A stretch of DNA of 64,000 nt from Veleropilina oligotropha (GCA_048128005.1 JBEUKZ010000029.1:1-64000); one strand, 5' to 3'; counted from the first letter of the stretch, positions 32,986 to 46,289 are shown. Program-made: numbers and translations. The notes: generated by a model from the letters alone, not told the origin.

Positions 32986-33581
32986 ACGGTTCCCGCACCC
33001 CACGACCCCCCACTCCGCAATCATCTGCGGCCAGACTGGCTGCGGGAAGACGGTTTTCATTGTTGAAAGGAGTCTATCGAGGGGTGTTCAGGCATATCGT
33101 AATCCTCTGCCCCACGATCAAGCACAACAAAGCCTACCAGTCCTGTCCATGGATCTGGACTGACCCGGAGGTGTACATAATCCCCCCCGGTGAGCGACTC
33201 CATGACTGGTTGTGGGGGTTCTACCGGCTTTTCCAGGGGGAGTCGACCCTGTACATAATCGACGACTGCGCGGCCAGCAAGGCCCTTGCTAAGAGACGGG
33301 ACATGTTGACTGAGCTGGCCTTTAGCGGGAGGCATGCCTCCCAGAGTGTATGGGTGGTGACGCAGAAGTACAACTCGGTCCTGAAGGAGCTCCGCGAACA
33401 GACCCGCTGGGTCGCGCTGTTTGCCTGTAAGGACCGCGACAGCTTCGAAGAGTGTCTTCGCGAGAATGACGTAATCAGGTCGCAGGATGAGAGAACCGCG
33501 GTGCGCCGGCTGTTGGCCGAGACCAAACACGCCAAGCTTCTGTTGAAAACTGACCAGCCCGTTGCTTATAGTGTGTTGTAG
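32957..33581 (+). pseudogene. A32-like ATPase, frameshifting deletion near 33060
   Basis: GQTGCGKT and YIIDD lie in different frames. Confidence 0.85.
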
Positions 33582-33646
33582 CAGCTACTTGGCTAGCCCT
33601 AGCATCTACTTGGCACCAACCCAGCATCTACTGAGCAAGCTCTCGC

Positions 33647-34388
33647 ATGTCGGACGCGGTATACCTAGTCATTGCTTGCAGCCAGAGCCTGATGTCGCTG
33701 CTACTGCTAGCATGGTGGTTCTGGCTGTGGTACGGCTATATTAGACCGGCGCGGAGATGTTGGAAACACCTAAGGATGGACGCCCTTATCGATCAACTCA
33801 TGGATGACGAGGAAGAAACGACCGTCTGCGGCCTCCGCTCCACGACCTCTGGCGAGGAACCTGTCCGTAACAGTGGAGTCGCAGGTTCCGAAGGCACGGC
33901 AAAAAAAAGGGAGAGGCTTGCCGCGTTAGCCGTTGGAGGAGCCCACCGATACTTGGGGCGAAACCTCACGGTGGACCGGATCGACGACATGCCCGATGAA
34001 GAGGTCGAAAAGCACCACGCGAGGTATGAAGCGAAACTCGGTGTCGAGATGACGAAGACTGTATGCGGGGGCGGCTGGGATGTTCTTGCCCATTCCACCA
34101 AAAAACCAGCTACGACTGATCGCCGACCTGGAGGCCGACCCATTCATCTCACATGCGCTGTGCACTGCAAGCTGTGAGCTGTATCACCAGTACGGCATGT
34201 ATCTTGTCCCGCTGACGGCCGCATTGACCACGGCTAAGCACTGCCGATTTGGACACGTCTGCCCCCCCAAGATACCGCGAGAGCGAGATCAAGATGACGA
34301 CGCCGGAAACGGACCAGCCGATAGAGAGGGTGACCCAGCCGATAGAGACGATAGAGAGGGTGACCTCTTCTTCGGGGAAGGACCATAA
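33647..34388 (+). pseudogene. TM protein, frameshifting deletion near 34060
   Basis: Homolog of 8345-9085. Confidence 0.7.
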
Positions 34389-34800
34389 GAAGGTGGCTGC
34401 AGGGAGGGCCGGTGCTGCTGCTCGGAAAGCCAAACAGGAGAGGCTACTTGCCGATGTTCGAAAACTTAAGGACGACATCCGACAAAATGTCAGCACCGTT
34501 GTCGTTCTATCAGAACCGCCGGAGGCACAGCCCAAACACAGTGGTAATACCCCGGCCGAGGTGACCGCGGTCGAAAACGCAGTACAGTCAGATACGCGGA
34601 AATCGGACCCAGCATTTAATTGGACCCATGGACTCTTTGCTGCAGGCGGGGTTGCGTTGCTATTTGTTGTCTGGAAATGCAGCAGTGGTCCATCCACACC
34701 ACATCAACAGCCACCAGCACCGGCGAGGCAGCCCAGGGCTCCCCCCGCCCCCACCCCCACCACCGAATTGGAGACTCACAACCCTTTCTATATGCGATAG
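34294..34800 (+). CDS. Basic single-TM protein
   Basis: Homolog of 7951-8442. Confidence 0.7.
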   Translation: MTTPETDQPIERVTQPIETIERVTSSSGKDHKKVAAGRAGAAARKAKQERLLADVRKLKDDIRQNVSTVVVLSEPPEAQPKHSGNTPAEVTAVENAVQSDTRKSDPAFNWTHGLFAAGGVALLFVVWKCSSGPSTPHQQPPAPARQPRAPPAPTPTTELETHNPFYMR

Positions 34801-34812
34801 TAGCAGTACAAC

Positions 34813-35052
34813 ATGACTACCCCAATTACGGACGGTAAGATGCTCGGCAACGCCGTCTATCATTCGGCCATCGTGTCTGGCCTTGCCATTGGCTACTCAC
34901 GCCTGGTAAAGATGGCCTTCAAGGGGGTTAGCCCCAGGCTGGACTTCACGGGGTACGATGTGGGGATGGTGGTCCTCGACGTAGCGCTCGCCATGGTGAC
35001 GAAAGATATGTTGATCAAGCACGGCATCATCCCCACCGACATATTGAAGTAG
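34813..35052 (+). CDS. 79-aa hydrophobic viral protein
   Basis: Homolog of 7682-7921. Confidence 0.8.
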   Translation: MTTPITDGKMLGNAVYHSAIVSGLAIGYSRLVKMAFKGVSPRLDFTGYDVGMVVLDVALAMVTKDMLIKHGIIPTDILK

Positions 35053-35072
35053 AGACGAAGCACTGCATGACC

Positions 35073-35503
35073 ATGGCTTCCATTGCGATGCTGGTTGGGG
35101 GCGCTCTCGCAACGCCCTCGCCTTCAGCGGGTCAAACTTCCTGTTCTCGAAGCTACGCAGCTCCGGTGTTGATGAGGAGCGTAAACGCCACGACAAAGCC
35201 GTAGAGCAGCTCCAGGCCGCTCAGACGAAATGGTCCCAAAAGAGGGCAGAGCGTCTCGATTGGCTTAACGTCGAACTTCGCCGCCAGGGTCATGCCGTTG
35301 GCACATTCCGGGATGTGGACGCCGCGATCCGTGAGTATGCAGCGATCACCGGCAAGAACCTTGACCCCGCCGCCCTGGGGGGTGGCCCTGAGCCCCAGCT
35401 GTCTGACTACTACACGCCGAGCGATGACCAAAAAAAGCGAGAGCTCACCTTCGTCATCCTGGGGATGGCTGCGACCGAGCTGTTAGCCTACAAGCTCGCC
35501 TAA
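35073..35503 (+). pseudogene. Membrane/virion protein, frameshift near 35110
   Basis: Homolog of 7219-7650. Confidence 0.7.
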
Positions 35504-35551
35504 GTGCTATTATTTCCGGTTTGGACATTTTTTTCGTGGGCATATATAATA

Positions 35552-35842
35552 ATGGGGCTCCCAGAAGAGCTGTACTTTGCCATGCAGGAGGTGGGCCTTG
35601 CCGCCCAAAGGCACAAAATCCCTGGCCCATCCCTTGGTACTACGTCACTCGACTGCTGGCGGCGCAACGAAAAGACCATGGTGCGGTTCGCGGCCATGGT
35701 GCTCTCGGGCCCGACCAACCTACGGGCGATGACTGGGCAGCTTCCGGAGCCGGTCGCTGAAGCCTGTTGGAGACTGATTACATTGCTGGAATACCTCGCA
35801 AGCCTCGATGGCAGCGAAGAGACAACAGCCCCTGACGGCTAA
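35552..35842 (+). CDS. Small hypothetical viral protein
   Basis: Homolog of 6957-7178. Confidence 0.6.
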   Translation: MGLPEELYFAMQEVGLAAQRHKIPGPSLGTTSLDCWRRNEKTMVRFAAMVLSGPTNLRAMTGQLPEPVAEACWRLITLLEYLASLDGSEETTAPDG

Positions 35843-36884
35843 CGAACTCGACCGGAAGCTTGTGAATGGCTACTATAGCCCCCGAGGCTACTGGAAAGGG
35901 ATCGCCGCGATAAAACATCTCTCGGCCGCAGTAGATGTCTCTGAAGACGTGGCCCGGGATTGGCTGAAGACGTGGCCCGGGATTGGCTGAAGAAGCAGGC
36001 CATCTGGCAAATCTATTTACCTGCGCCACGGCGGATTCCAAGACCAAAATTCGACGTCGTAACGCCGAACGAGGTTCACCAGGCCGACCTCCTGTTTCTG
36101 CCCCATGACACAGTGGGCTTGGCACGAAAGCAACGGAGCTACAAGTATGCGCTGACGGTTGTTGACGTGGCCTCACGCTACAAAGAGGCTGAGCCTCTGG
36201 CCACAAAAGAGGCCAAAGGGGTTGCTGAAGCTGTCTCGAATCTACAGGCGGAGTCCTCTTAGCTGGCCGAAACTGCTTCAAGTCGACTCAGGGAGGGAGT
36301 TTATGGGCGCGGTCTCCCAGCTGCTGGCTACAAATAACGTCGAGGTTAGGCGTGGCCGTGTGGATATCCATCGCGACCAAGGGATCGTGGAGCGTTTCAA
36401 CCGGACACTCGCTGAGCGGCTCTTCGGGCACCAGTATGCAAAAGAGTTGCGTTTCTCAGGGACTGCAAAAGAGGGTCAAAGGTCGACTGAGTGGGTGGCC
36501 AGGCTGCCTGCCGTTGTTGCGGCCTTGAATGGGGAAGTGACCCGCCTCACCGGTAAAAAGCCCAAGGACGCCATCAAGGCACCTCGCATTGTACAAAATC
36601 CCTCTTCCACTGTTCCAGGCCGACAGGGGAAGGAACAGAAACTCCCCTCGGACGTAGATGTTCGATACCTATACCAACCCGGAGAGTTGGATGGTGGTCG
36701 CCGGCGAGCGACTGACCCGGTGTGGTCTTTGACGATTCACCGGCTTGGACGCTCCATCACTAAACCTGACGAGCCTGTGCTCTACTACTTGCTCGATGGA
36801 CCACCGCATGTGTTCGTTCGAGAGGAACTGCTCGTGGTGCCTCGTGACACCCAGCTGCCGCCGGTTGGAGTTCTCAAACGTTGA
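35808..36884 (+). pseudogene. rve integrase disrupted by a 23-bp tandem duplication (~35941-35990) and a frameshift near 36230
   Basis: DDE motifs split across frames; CTGAAGACGTGGCCCGGGATTGG duplicated. Confidence 0.85.
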
Positions 36885-36903
36885 CAACAGCAGCCCCTCT
36901 TTT

Positions 36904-39900
36904 TCAGTTACATTCCAGGCACGTTAAGCGCACGTTGTTGCGGATGTGGCCCCTGCCGTTGTCCACACGGTCAACACTGAACTGCTGTGTGTCTTTCGGG
37001 GCATATGCATAGAGCAGCTCCATGTCGCATGCTGCGCAGCGGTTGTTTTGGGCTTTGAGCTGCAGGAGGTCTTCGACCTTGAGGTTAAATCCCTGGAGTC
37101 CCTTTGCCTGGTCCTGGCGTTTGTACGCCACAAGCTTTTTCTGGATGGTCTTTCGAACCTGCTGCTTGCTCTGCTCAGTTTGGGGGGGCCTATCCGCAGT
37201 ACCCTCATCCGGAGGACAGGTTACCCGTTCGAGCTGATCCAGATACTCCACACGGGACACGGCTAGGTAGGCGAGATTACTCCACTGAAGGTAGTCGTCG
37301 ATGATCCAGACTTTCTGTGGGTTGTGAATCATAAGACCCTGGCTCGAATGGATGGTGAGAGCATAGCCCAGGCGCCAATCCGGGGTCAGGATAGCCCTCT
37401 CAGCGGCCTCAATGGTGACCTCAACGACGTCGTTGAGAACTAGCTGTTCGCTGCGCGCTGTGCCAGGGATGGCTACAGCAATGTTCTGCTTTCTGCTGTC
37501 CTTGGGATGATACAGGATCGGGACAGCTTTTTCTGGGAAATGGTCCTTGTGCCTCTGGAGCAACAGCTCTTGAGCCCGTTCGCGGACCTTCTGACGGCTG
37601 GTGAGGATTAGGTCAACTGGCTTCCAGGTTTGGACAAACCGGTCCCATCCAAGGCAGCAGGGGAGAGCCTTACGCATTTCCTGGCACTGGAATTTGTCGG
37701 GCTGGAGACGGATACGTCTTTTCAGGGCTTGGAGGGCAGGGTCTTTCGCACTGTAGTCTACTTCGACCTCTTCATAGTAGTCTGCGGTCTTTCGCAGCCA
37801 CTCGTGCGGCATCTCCCCCATTATCGGTTGTGGCTGGCCCTGGTCCCCACAGCAGATAACCTGAACTTCGTGGTGGACCAGCCAGTCCAAGAACATCTCG
37901 AGGATGTGCCTGGGAACAGTACAGATCTCGTCCCAGATAATGACGCGGGGAATGAACTTCTGACCCATGCGATCGGGCGTCCAGTCGTTCTGGCCGCTCC
38001 ATCGGAAGAAGCTGTGGTAGGTCTGGGCTTTGACACCCCTGGTCCGCATTTCTTTAGCGAGGCGGTGGGTTGGTGTGAACACGCTGGGATTTCTTGCCCG
38101 AAAGAGCTTGATCGCTCTCGTAGTCTTGCCACAGCCCCCTCCACCGTTTAGGTAACTCAGGCGATGGTGGGTCAGTGTGTCATTGTAGCATGGCGCGGTA
38201 CTTGGCTGCACGTCCTTTGCGGCACAACAGTACCCTGGCTTGGGCAGGTAAGCGGCATGTTCCTGTGGCAAATACAGCTGTTCGCCCTTGCCACGCCACT
38301 GGGCCGGTGCTACTGGCGGAAGGTACGTCTCCCAGATCAGACAGAAGATGCACGATTTCTCGTCACAGTCGCAGATTTGGGGGGGCAACGTACGCCTTGA
38401 CATCGTCGAGCTTCTCCAACGAGGCCTTCTTGAGGTAGATGCTGTCAGTGGCCACTCGGACAGCTTCCTCAGGGGTGAAACGCTGAAGCATTGAGAGGAG
38501 GTTTATGTGGGCATAGGCCAGCATCGATGCCCTCAGGTGGGTGTACTGTGGCTGTGAGCCATCATAGTATGTGAGGATGTGCCCCATAGGGCACCTTTGA
38601 GGTGCGCCGACCAGGGTACCGCTTTGGCGGGTGTCTCTTACCAGGAAGTCAAGCTCTCCCTGGTCAATCACAAGCCTTCGTGTCAATCGTTTGCCGTCAG
38701 CTTTGCTGCCCTGAGTAAATTTGCCGATGATGCTGCAGCCCTGGTCACGATTCTCAGGAAGCCAGACCTCGGTTTGCTTTTTGACTGCGATGATGGCTTC
38801 TCGGATCTTGAGGCTTTTTAGCAGTCCAGATTCTATGAGGAAGGCGAGGAGGGGGGTTGGTGCCCAGCTATTCTCTGCAAAGTGCTTTCCAAACCAGGCC
38901 GGGATCGTGGAATGGATCTCTTGTGCAAACTCCCATTCCTCGACCTCGGCAAATCCAGTACCGATTTCTTGGGGAAGAGGACCATTAATTGCGACACGAG
39001 TCATGCGGTGGGTTGGGTGTCCGAATCTTTCGAAATATGGCTTAGCCTCGCCCTTCCCCTGAAAGCTGGCAGGGTAGCAGGATTTCATATCGATGCAGAC
39101 GACGTCTCTCGTATCATAGCTCATGGAGTTCCAAAGGCCACCATGACCATGCTCTACGCAGGCCTTCTGGATGTCATCGAGCAGACCCGCTGGGGTAGGT
39201 TTCCAGCCGTTGTTCTCTTTGGCCATAATGCTAGCTGCATGGTTCTCGCCAAAGGCTCGATCGGCAAGAGACTCATTCCCCAGAGCCTTACAGGCTTCCT
39301 GAAGAGCGGTGTGAGCCTCTTTCGTCCTGTAAGTGTGGCCGTCTTGCAGCACGAACTGGTCCACGCTGAGCTGTCGGTCTTTACCGCCAAGGAGCCAGAC
39401 AGCTAATGGCTCATTACGTGTAGCTTGTCGGATGGCTTCCCAGACATCGCCCTCATACAGGTGGACCGCGCGGGACTGCAGGAAATGAAGGTCCTTGGAC
39501 CAGGCGTGGCCATTGTGGCAGATGAGTTCTACTGGTCTATACCGGGAGCCCTGGTACATCCCACTGTTGTAGATGTCCTCGCCTGCAATGTCTCTCAAGA
39601 TCATCGCCCGTTTGAGGATCCTCTCAAGGTCAGCCACGTCGTCGACTGAAGCTCCGGTTTCATGAACTCGCGCCTCCCACTCCTGTATTTTCTGCCGCCT
39701 TATAGGAGTTAGTCCGTTTCCTCTCAGGGCACCTTCGAAGTGCTCAACCACTCTCTGGGCAACGCAGTTGAGATCGCCGTTCTTCATTGGAACCAGGTTG
39801 GCGGGGTTTGGTTCTCTGAGAGGGTAGAGGCCGTAGACGACTGCAGTGACCGGGTAGGCGTTCTCGTAGTAGACTTTGTCGACCCCAGTGATAGCACCCG

Positions 39901-40600
39901 GCTTAGTGTCATGGGATATCTCAAAGACACCCTGGCCCTTCTTTCTCGCAGCTTTCACCGGGTCAAACTTGTCTTCGACCACCCAGTCGCCTCCATGCCA
40001 CTCATGCAAGAACTTTATTCTCAGGATAAAATCGCCTTTTGGAAGGGCTGTGAGGAGCTGTACCGCCTTCGCATCTGTCATACGGGCATTCAGGGCCAGC
40101 CGGCCAGCCCTCGCTTCGATACCGTGTGCGATCTTAACGTCGCCGATGTTCTCTACTTCTACCCTCCATGTGGAGAAGGCCGCCGTGGCGCCATCGACCT
40201 CAAACTCGTCTTTGGCGTCGTTCAAGAGTTCCACCCATGGCTCGTCTGCTGGGAGCCTTACTGGGGGAGGGGCCTGGTCATCCAGGTCGATGAACTGTTG
40301 CCCCTCTGTTGTGGTAAACAGCCCTAGAAGATCCTTCTGGTAGTCCTGGGCTGTCCGGGGTATTTTGGAGAGGGGAATTGGGTCAAATTCCTCAACAACG
40401 GCCTTCCGTTTTCTCTCCGTTTGGTGCTGCCGCTGTGGAGGGGTTTTAATCGCAGCGCGTGGAACCAGAGGCGTCAACAAGCGCTCTTTCACCTCTTTCG
40501 GGATTGGTTCATCTAGAATGTTGCGAACCACGTCCCGGAGAGTTTCAGATGCTTGCATGTCAGCGAGCAGTTGGTCTATGTAGTCATCCATAGTCGCCAT
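36904..40600 (-). pseudogene. pPolB-SF1 helicase-HNH fusion; frameshift in homopolymer near 38385, CGA>TGA near C-terminus
   Basis: IDMKSCYP, VATDS, GGGGCGKTT, TIHSSQG, SVDRVDN...CLECN. Confidence 0.85.
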
Positions 40601-40647
40601 GTTGCCGGACGGGTATACACTAGGGCAATTAATTCTCTAATATGAGA

Positions 40648-40923
40648 TTACGTGTGGTAAATCGCAGCCATACGGAGAAACTCTCTCTGGAAGGCTCTGT
40701 TCTTTCGTTGCCAGTCCTTAGCGTTCTCACTCCGATACCCACAGCCCTGACACAGCGTAAACCGGTTGAAGACGCCTTTGCCGCATTTGATGCAGGGCTT
40801 TGTGCCCCGGCCATTTCGCCGTTGCCGAGCCAGGTGGACTTTGCAAAACTCTCTCAGACAACTCTTACCACATAGCTCCGTGGAGCTGATGATAAGCCAT
40901 TGACAGGTGTCTGTGCCCTTCAT
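40648..40923 (-). CDS. Small zinc-finger-like protein
   Basis: Homolog of 1785-2084. Confidence 0.75.
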   Translation of the reverse strand: MKGTDTCQWLIISSTELCGKSCLREFCKVHLARQRRNGRGTKPCIKCGKGVFNRFTLCQGCGYRSENAKDWQRKNRAFQREFLRMAAIYHT

Positions 40924-41501
40924 CGTATCCTTTGCATTGGGTATACCCGTTGCAATGGGTATGTCTAAAAGAGAGCCCGGGCCGGCGAGGGTTGTGGGCC
41001 GTCCCTAAGGGCTCTTACTACCAGCACGGTTCAAACGGGCGTGGGGAGCGCCCAAAATAGCAGCCCGGCGAAGGCTACAGGACATCGGCCTGGCCGCTAT
41101 TTCGGTTGGTGACACGCTCCCGCGACCACCAACGGATATCACAGAGGGTCCGCCGACAGTCTAGACAGCTTTGGACGACGGTGATTGTGTAAAACTCCCT
41201 TGTTACCGTCTTTGGTCTTCTTCTTAAAGACCGCCTGTTCACCGTCGTCGAGTTCGACAATCAAAATGTCGTAGCCTGTGTTTAAGAGGTTTCTAATGCG
41301 CCTGGAGCTCCCTTTGCCGTGCAGCGTAGGAACGTCTTCCTGCGGCATGTTGCTTTCAAATATAACCACACACCGTCTAACATACCAGTTATTTTGCACC
41401 GATTGCCCGGGGGGCCCCCTAGTCTAAACTGCCCTAGTCCCCCCCCCATTTATTCTGAACAGGCGATTGGACTTTTTTAGAATGGAAAAAGAAGGCTCCA
41501 A

Positions 41502-41575
41502 TCACCCCCCCTGCTGCCTACTACATACCCCTAAAAAAGCTCCATTTAGAGTCTGCTCACCCCCCCCCTGCTGCT
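41502..41575 (-). repeat. Right TIR of element 2
   Basis: Reverse complement of 26102-26178. Confidence 0.9.
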
Positions 41576-42621
41576 ACGTGCGTTATGCACAACTTAAAAC
41601 CGTCCATTCTTTCTGAAGCAATTCGGGATGTATGCCTGGAAATGGCAAGATGGCCACAATCTTCATTATAAGACAGCATTATGGCATATGACCGAGTCCC
41701 GGGAGAAGTGATGTGCTGGAGCCTGTGAAGAAAGGGTCTTTCTGAGAAAATAGTGAGATTGGTAATGGAAATGTACAAAGAAGCAAGGACATATGCAAGA
41801 AAAATCGGAGGGCAGTCCATATAGTTTGACATCGAGGTTAGAACACTCGATGTTTTTTCCGAACATCTCAAGTCTGAAGATCTATGAGAACTGCTGTTCG
41901 CAGATGGCTCAGCTATTTTTGCGGACAGCGAAGACCAGTCGTAGGAAAGATGCTGAGTTGGCAAATGAGTCGGAAGAAGTTTGGATAAAGATGAACTCGA
42001 AAAAGGCCGAAACGTTGGTGTGTAATATATCAGGTGGACATAGGGCAGTCATTATTCATTAAAGATAGGAGGGGTGACGAATTAAAACGAAAGTTTTAAG
42101 TAATTAATGTATTTTGGATAAAAAATATGTGAAGAAGGGGTGCGAGAACAATGTCCAGACCATAATCAATGCAGCAACAAGCTGGCAACCGGCCCCAGCA
42201 TATCTCCTTGCTGCCACTTATTGTCAAAGCGGCCATAACACAAAGTGATGTGAATGCAGAAAGTTTGAATTGGATGGTACAATTCCCTGCTTTTAACGTA
42301 ACGGTACTCACTAATAAGTCACTATACATATATCAATCTCATCTTGGCACTGGGAATGGTAGTGTTCATGACGTGAGAGGAATGATTGGCACTGCAAGTC
42401 TTGATCTTATTGGTGTTAGCTCTTTAATTATGGCATTGCATTTCCTATTTTAGTGCTCACCATTGATTCAGCATTGTTAAACGAGTGAGATACACCACGG
42501 TCACGGGTGGCATTCAATTGCACAGATGAATCGGATTACCGCCTATGACAACACATCGTCAAATCAATTAACGACAGAAACAAGTAACTTAACAAACTAG
42601 TAGATGCTCTTTTACATGTAA

Positions 42622-43758
42622 GGGTCTTTCACACCAGATGCGTGCATATTTGGGGCGTCAAAGCATCAAATAACGAAACAATGGTTTCACACCAGACACG
42701 TGCGTGCCGCATGTGCCAAGCGTCAATTTCACTCGTATTAAAAAGACGCTCGACATTCGTTTTTTGACGCCCGAGATTTAAATATGCGCCTGGGATTCAA
42801 TTTTAGTGATGTCATATTATCTTCACACGAGGGATTTTCCAATCAAATTCCAGACAGCACGTGTTCCGAAAAGACATAGACCGTTTAACCAAAATGAAAA
42901 ATTTTTAATAACAGTAAACAAATTAGATTTTTTTTTTTATTCCATTACCAATGAAAATCAAGGTGTTGTTTATTAAATTATGAATGCCTGGCAAAAAGTA
43001 GAAAAGTCACTTGGTAAAACAAAATTGTATGTGAATGTCGAAGAATATTCACTATACGCACGCGTGCAGTGTGGAGGAGGATTGATGCTTAATGTCCTGT
43101 ATATTTACAACATCGAGGTTCAAGGCAGGACATGTCCGTGTTATCGCGGGAGGAAACCCCGGTCGCCTGGGTAAACCCGCCCTCTTCGGCCAGTCACGGA
43201 CAACTGTGATTCATAACTTGAACAAATTTCAATGCCTCTGCCAGGTATTGAACCCACTACTGTTTGCATTAGCGGAATCAAGCCAGTGAAGTTAGAGTGG
43301 ACACTCTACCCACAGCGCTGCCGAAGCGGCCCGCGTGTGGTGTGAAACATCTTCCTCCAAAATTGACGCTCTAGATACGCGCAAGAATGACGCTTGTGAT
43401 AATAATAATAATAATAATACTCCGGTCTTATATAGCGCATTATTACGCTAGTGTCTCAATGCGCTGAACATTATTACCCCTGGTTATGGGCCTATTCCAT
43501 TCGATATGCCATCTCAACTCCCTCTGGGAGCATTACAGTCATTTACACGCGGGTAGCGCCGTGACTTACATAACTGCCTACCAGGTACCCATTTATATCG
43601 GCTGGGTGGACCGAGGCAAATATATGCTTATTTCCTTGCCCAAGTGAAATCGTCGAGCTTTGGGGGCGAACTCGAGACTCTGTGACCAGAGTCCTGTGAA
43701 CAACCCACTGAGCCACGACGGCATATATAGATACGCACCCGGCTGGTGTGAATGGCCC
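42622..43758. mobile_element. Possible Harbinger-type MITE with nested SINE-like inserts
   Basis: GGGTCTTTCACACCAG ... CTGGTGTGAATGGCCC ends in a TAA/TTA context. Confidence 0.45.
43399..43720 (-). mobile_element. SINE-like repeat with (ATT)n tail; related copy at ~51110-51430
   Basis: Both copies share TCGGCTGGGTG..C.GAGGCAAATATATGCTTA..CCTTGCCCAAG and CCCACTGAGCCACGACG. Confidence 0.65.
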
Positions 43759-44344
43759 TTAATAACTTTTAACGAGATGACAGGATTAATTTATAGATGT
43801 GGACTGATAGGATTAATTTATTAGACAATAGCACGTGTTGCATAAAGAAACTTATTTATTGACGGAAATGCAGACTGGCAATATATTTTGGGACTACATA
43901 AATTTTTCTAATGTAAATGTTATTTTTATACAACTTTTGTTAATTATTGCAAAGGCCGAAATAGGATTAATACTTTCAAATGTTTACTAGTACAGTGGAT
44001 TCCACTTAATTGCATATTTCGGATATTTGCATAAAATCTGCAGGAACAGAATAGTTTACTATTATTATCATATGCAAATAATCGCTTAATTGCATGCATA
44101 ATTACCGGATTTTCGCTTATTTGCATAAGAAATTTTCGACTGCACAATACATAATTGATATTAACATCGTTAAATTGATCAAAATACTTGCGTATTTGCC
44201 GGTATGTCTTGCTACGCCATCGTAAAGATGTTTATTCAACAGTAACATTCGAAGTTTAACCATTTTTTCAACCTCGTGGGTTTCAAAATAATTTTTACTT
44301 CCGGAAAAAGTCGAAACTGAAAGTTCGATAAACATCGTTTCAGT

Positions 44345-45244
44345 CACAGGCCTTTGTCGCATGCCAGAAAATCGTTCGATCAATGATGCTTCCGGTCGCC
44401 TGGTAGCCTATATATAAGGGAGGGTAGATAGCTCGAGTGTGACACGTCCCGTTCCAGACTCAATTTTCTTATTATTAATAAACTCTGAACCAAACCATTG
44501 CTTTCACGCTATGCGCAACATATTTACCTGTAATCACCAACAATGAAAACGACGAAAATCCATTACGTAACAAGAAAAGCGACAGTTATTCATTGTTTAC
44601 CCAACTTCGTTCGAATCGATGGCACATTGGCGCCTTTGCATCACCGTCGACACCCCACAAGACATACGAGGAAAATTAAATCCTACGATATCATTGGCTG
44701 CAGCCATTCTATATACATATCTTATTAGCTGGTCCTATTACAGATCAAACGTGCACTGTCCGATTTAAAGGGGCAGCATCTTGTTTTATTATCTGCTAAA
44801 GTTAAAGAGACTAAATCGCACAAACATAAATGAACATTTTCTTTGGGTTATTTTATTTATTATTAAAAAACAGCTACTTTCAATTAACAGCCAATGAGAT
44901 CGTAGGATTTAATTTTCCTCGTATGTCTTGTGGGGGGTCGACGGTGATGCAAAGGCGCCAATGTGCCATCGATTCGTACGAAGTTGGGTAAACAATGAAT
45001 AACTGTCGCTTTTCTTGTTACGTAATGGATTTTCGTCGTTGTCATTGTTGGTGATTACAGGTAAATATGTTGCGCATAGCGTGAAAGCAATGGTTTGGTT
45101 CAGAGTTTATTAATAATAAGAAAATTGAGTCTGGAAGCGGGACGTGTCACACTCGAGCTATCTACCCTCCCTTATATATAGGCTACCAGGCGACCGGAAG
45201 CATCATTGATCGAACGATTTTCTGGCATGCGACAAAGGCCCGTG
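44345..45244. mobile_element. Foldback MITE with ~355-bp near-perfect inverted arms
   Basis: 44345-44700 is the reverse complement of 44888-45244 with few mismatches. Confidence 0.85.
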
Positions 45245-46289
45245 GTTTCAGTGTAGAAATGTTACGGAAATAAACGATGTCAATCGGGGATATTATGGGA
45301 TGGCAGACATCGATCGATAATCGGATTAAAATCTATTGTCAAAGTCCAAATGACAGACTTTAGGGTTTATCTGAACGCAAAATCAAAGATTGGGCTTACG
45401 AATCAATGTAAAGGTGCCGTTACATGTATTCATGTGAACATCACTTAGTTCGCCGATAAATAACATAATTATAAGACAACAACAACACAACGTTTCTTTT
45501 GTAACAAAATTAAAAATTATCTCCCCTGATTTGGTTTCATAGCATCGCCGTTGAGAACTACGGTTATTTAATTATTATTTTAACTTATATATGAAGACAA
45601 CGTCTTATAAGTTTTTTTATATCATATCATAATATACTGGACTAATTAAATATCGCTAGAAATAATTATTCAATAATTGTAAAAACAAATCGATTCGAGA
45701 TTAAAATATAGGGCAAAATTTTCAACATGGCGGCCGATAACGCGACACGTGTTCAGCAGAAGAGAAACATTCAGAATAAGAATTTCCACACCCTAGTAAA
45801 CTATATATCAATTCTAATGAAACAGGTCAGCATAACCACAAAATATTGTGTATACAATCCGTATTCATGGAAAGAAAAATACATTATGCAAATTCTCCTT
45901 TGTAAATAAATTTATTACCAGGACATATATTTATAATAAAGAACCATTTAAATACAAGTAGGCTAATTATCATGGGTGATTTTCGGCGAAAAAGAATAAG
46001 AAACATTTGGCCGGTAATCGCAAATTTACGACAATGATAAACCAACAGATCAACTTATGGTCCATCCTGGTACTTTAGCAATGGCGTCCAGCAAAAAAAT
46101 CGCTATCGGATTAAAATTGAAAATTTGCTGGCTTACTAAAGCTGTTAATTTTGTTCCATTTGAAGTAGGGTATCTATACCGCATACTATATATATTTTGA
46201 GACGAATTACACTTTCATTACATTAAATATATGCTGAATCTTACCATTTAATGATTTTGTTGTGTGTTCAAGACAGCATCCTTATATAT

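Larger units (their letters stand above)
26102..41575 (-). mobile_element. Endogenous Polinton-like virus element 2 (decayed, inverted relative to element 1)
   Basis: AGCAGCAG...CTGCTGCT termini, ACGTG TSD on both sides, ~75-bp TIR, same gene order as element 1. Confidence 0.93.
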
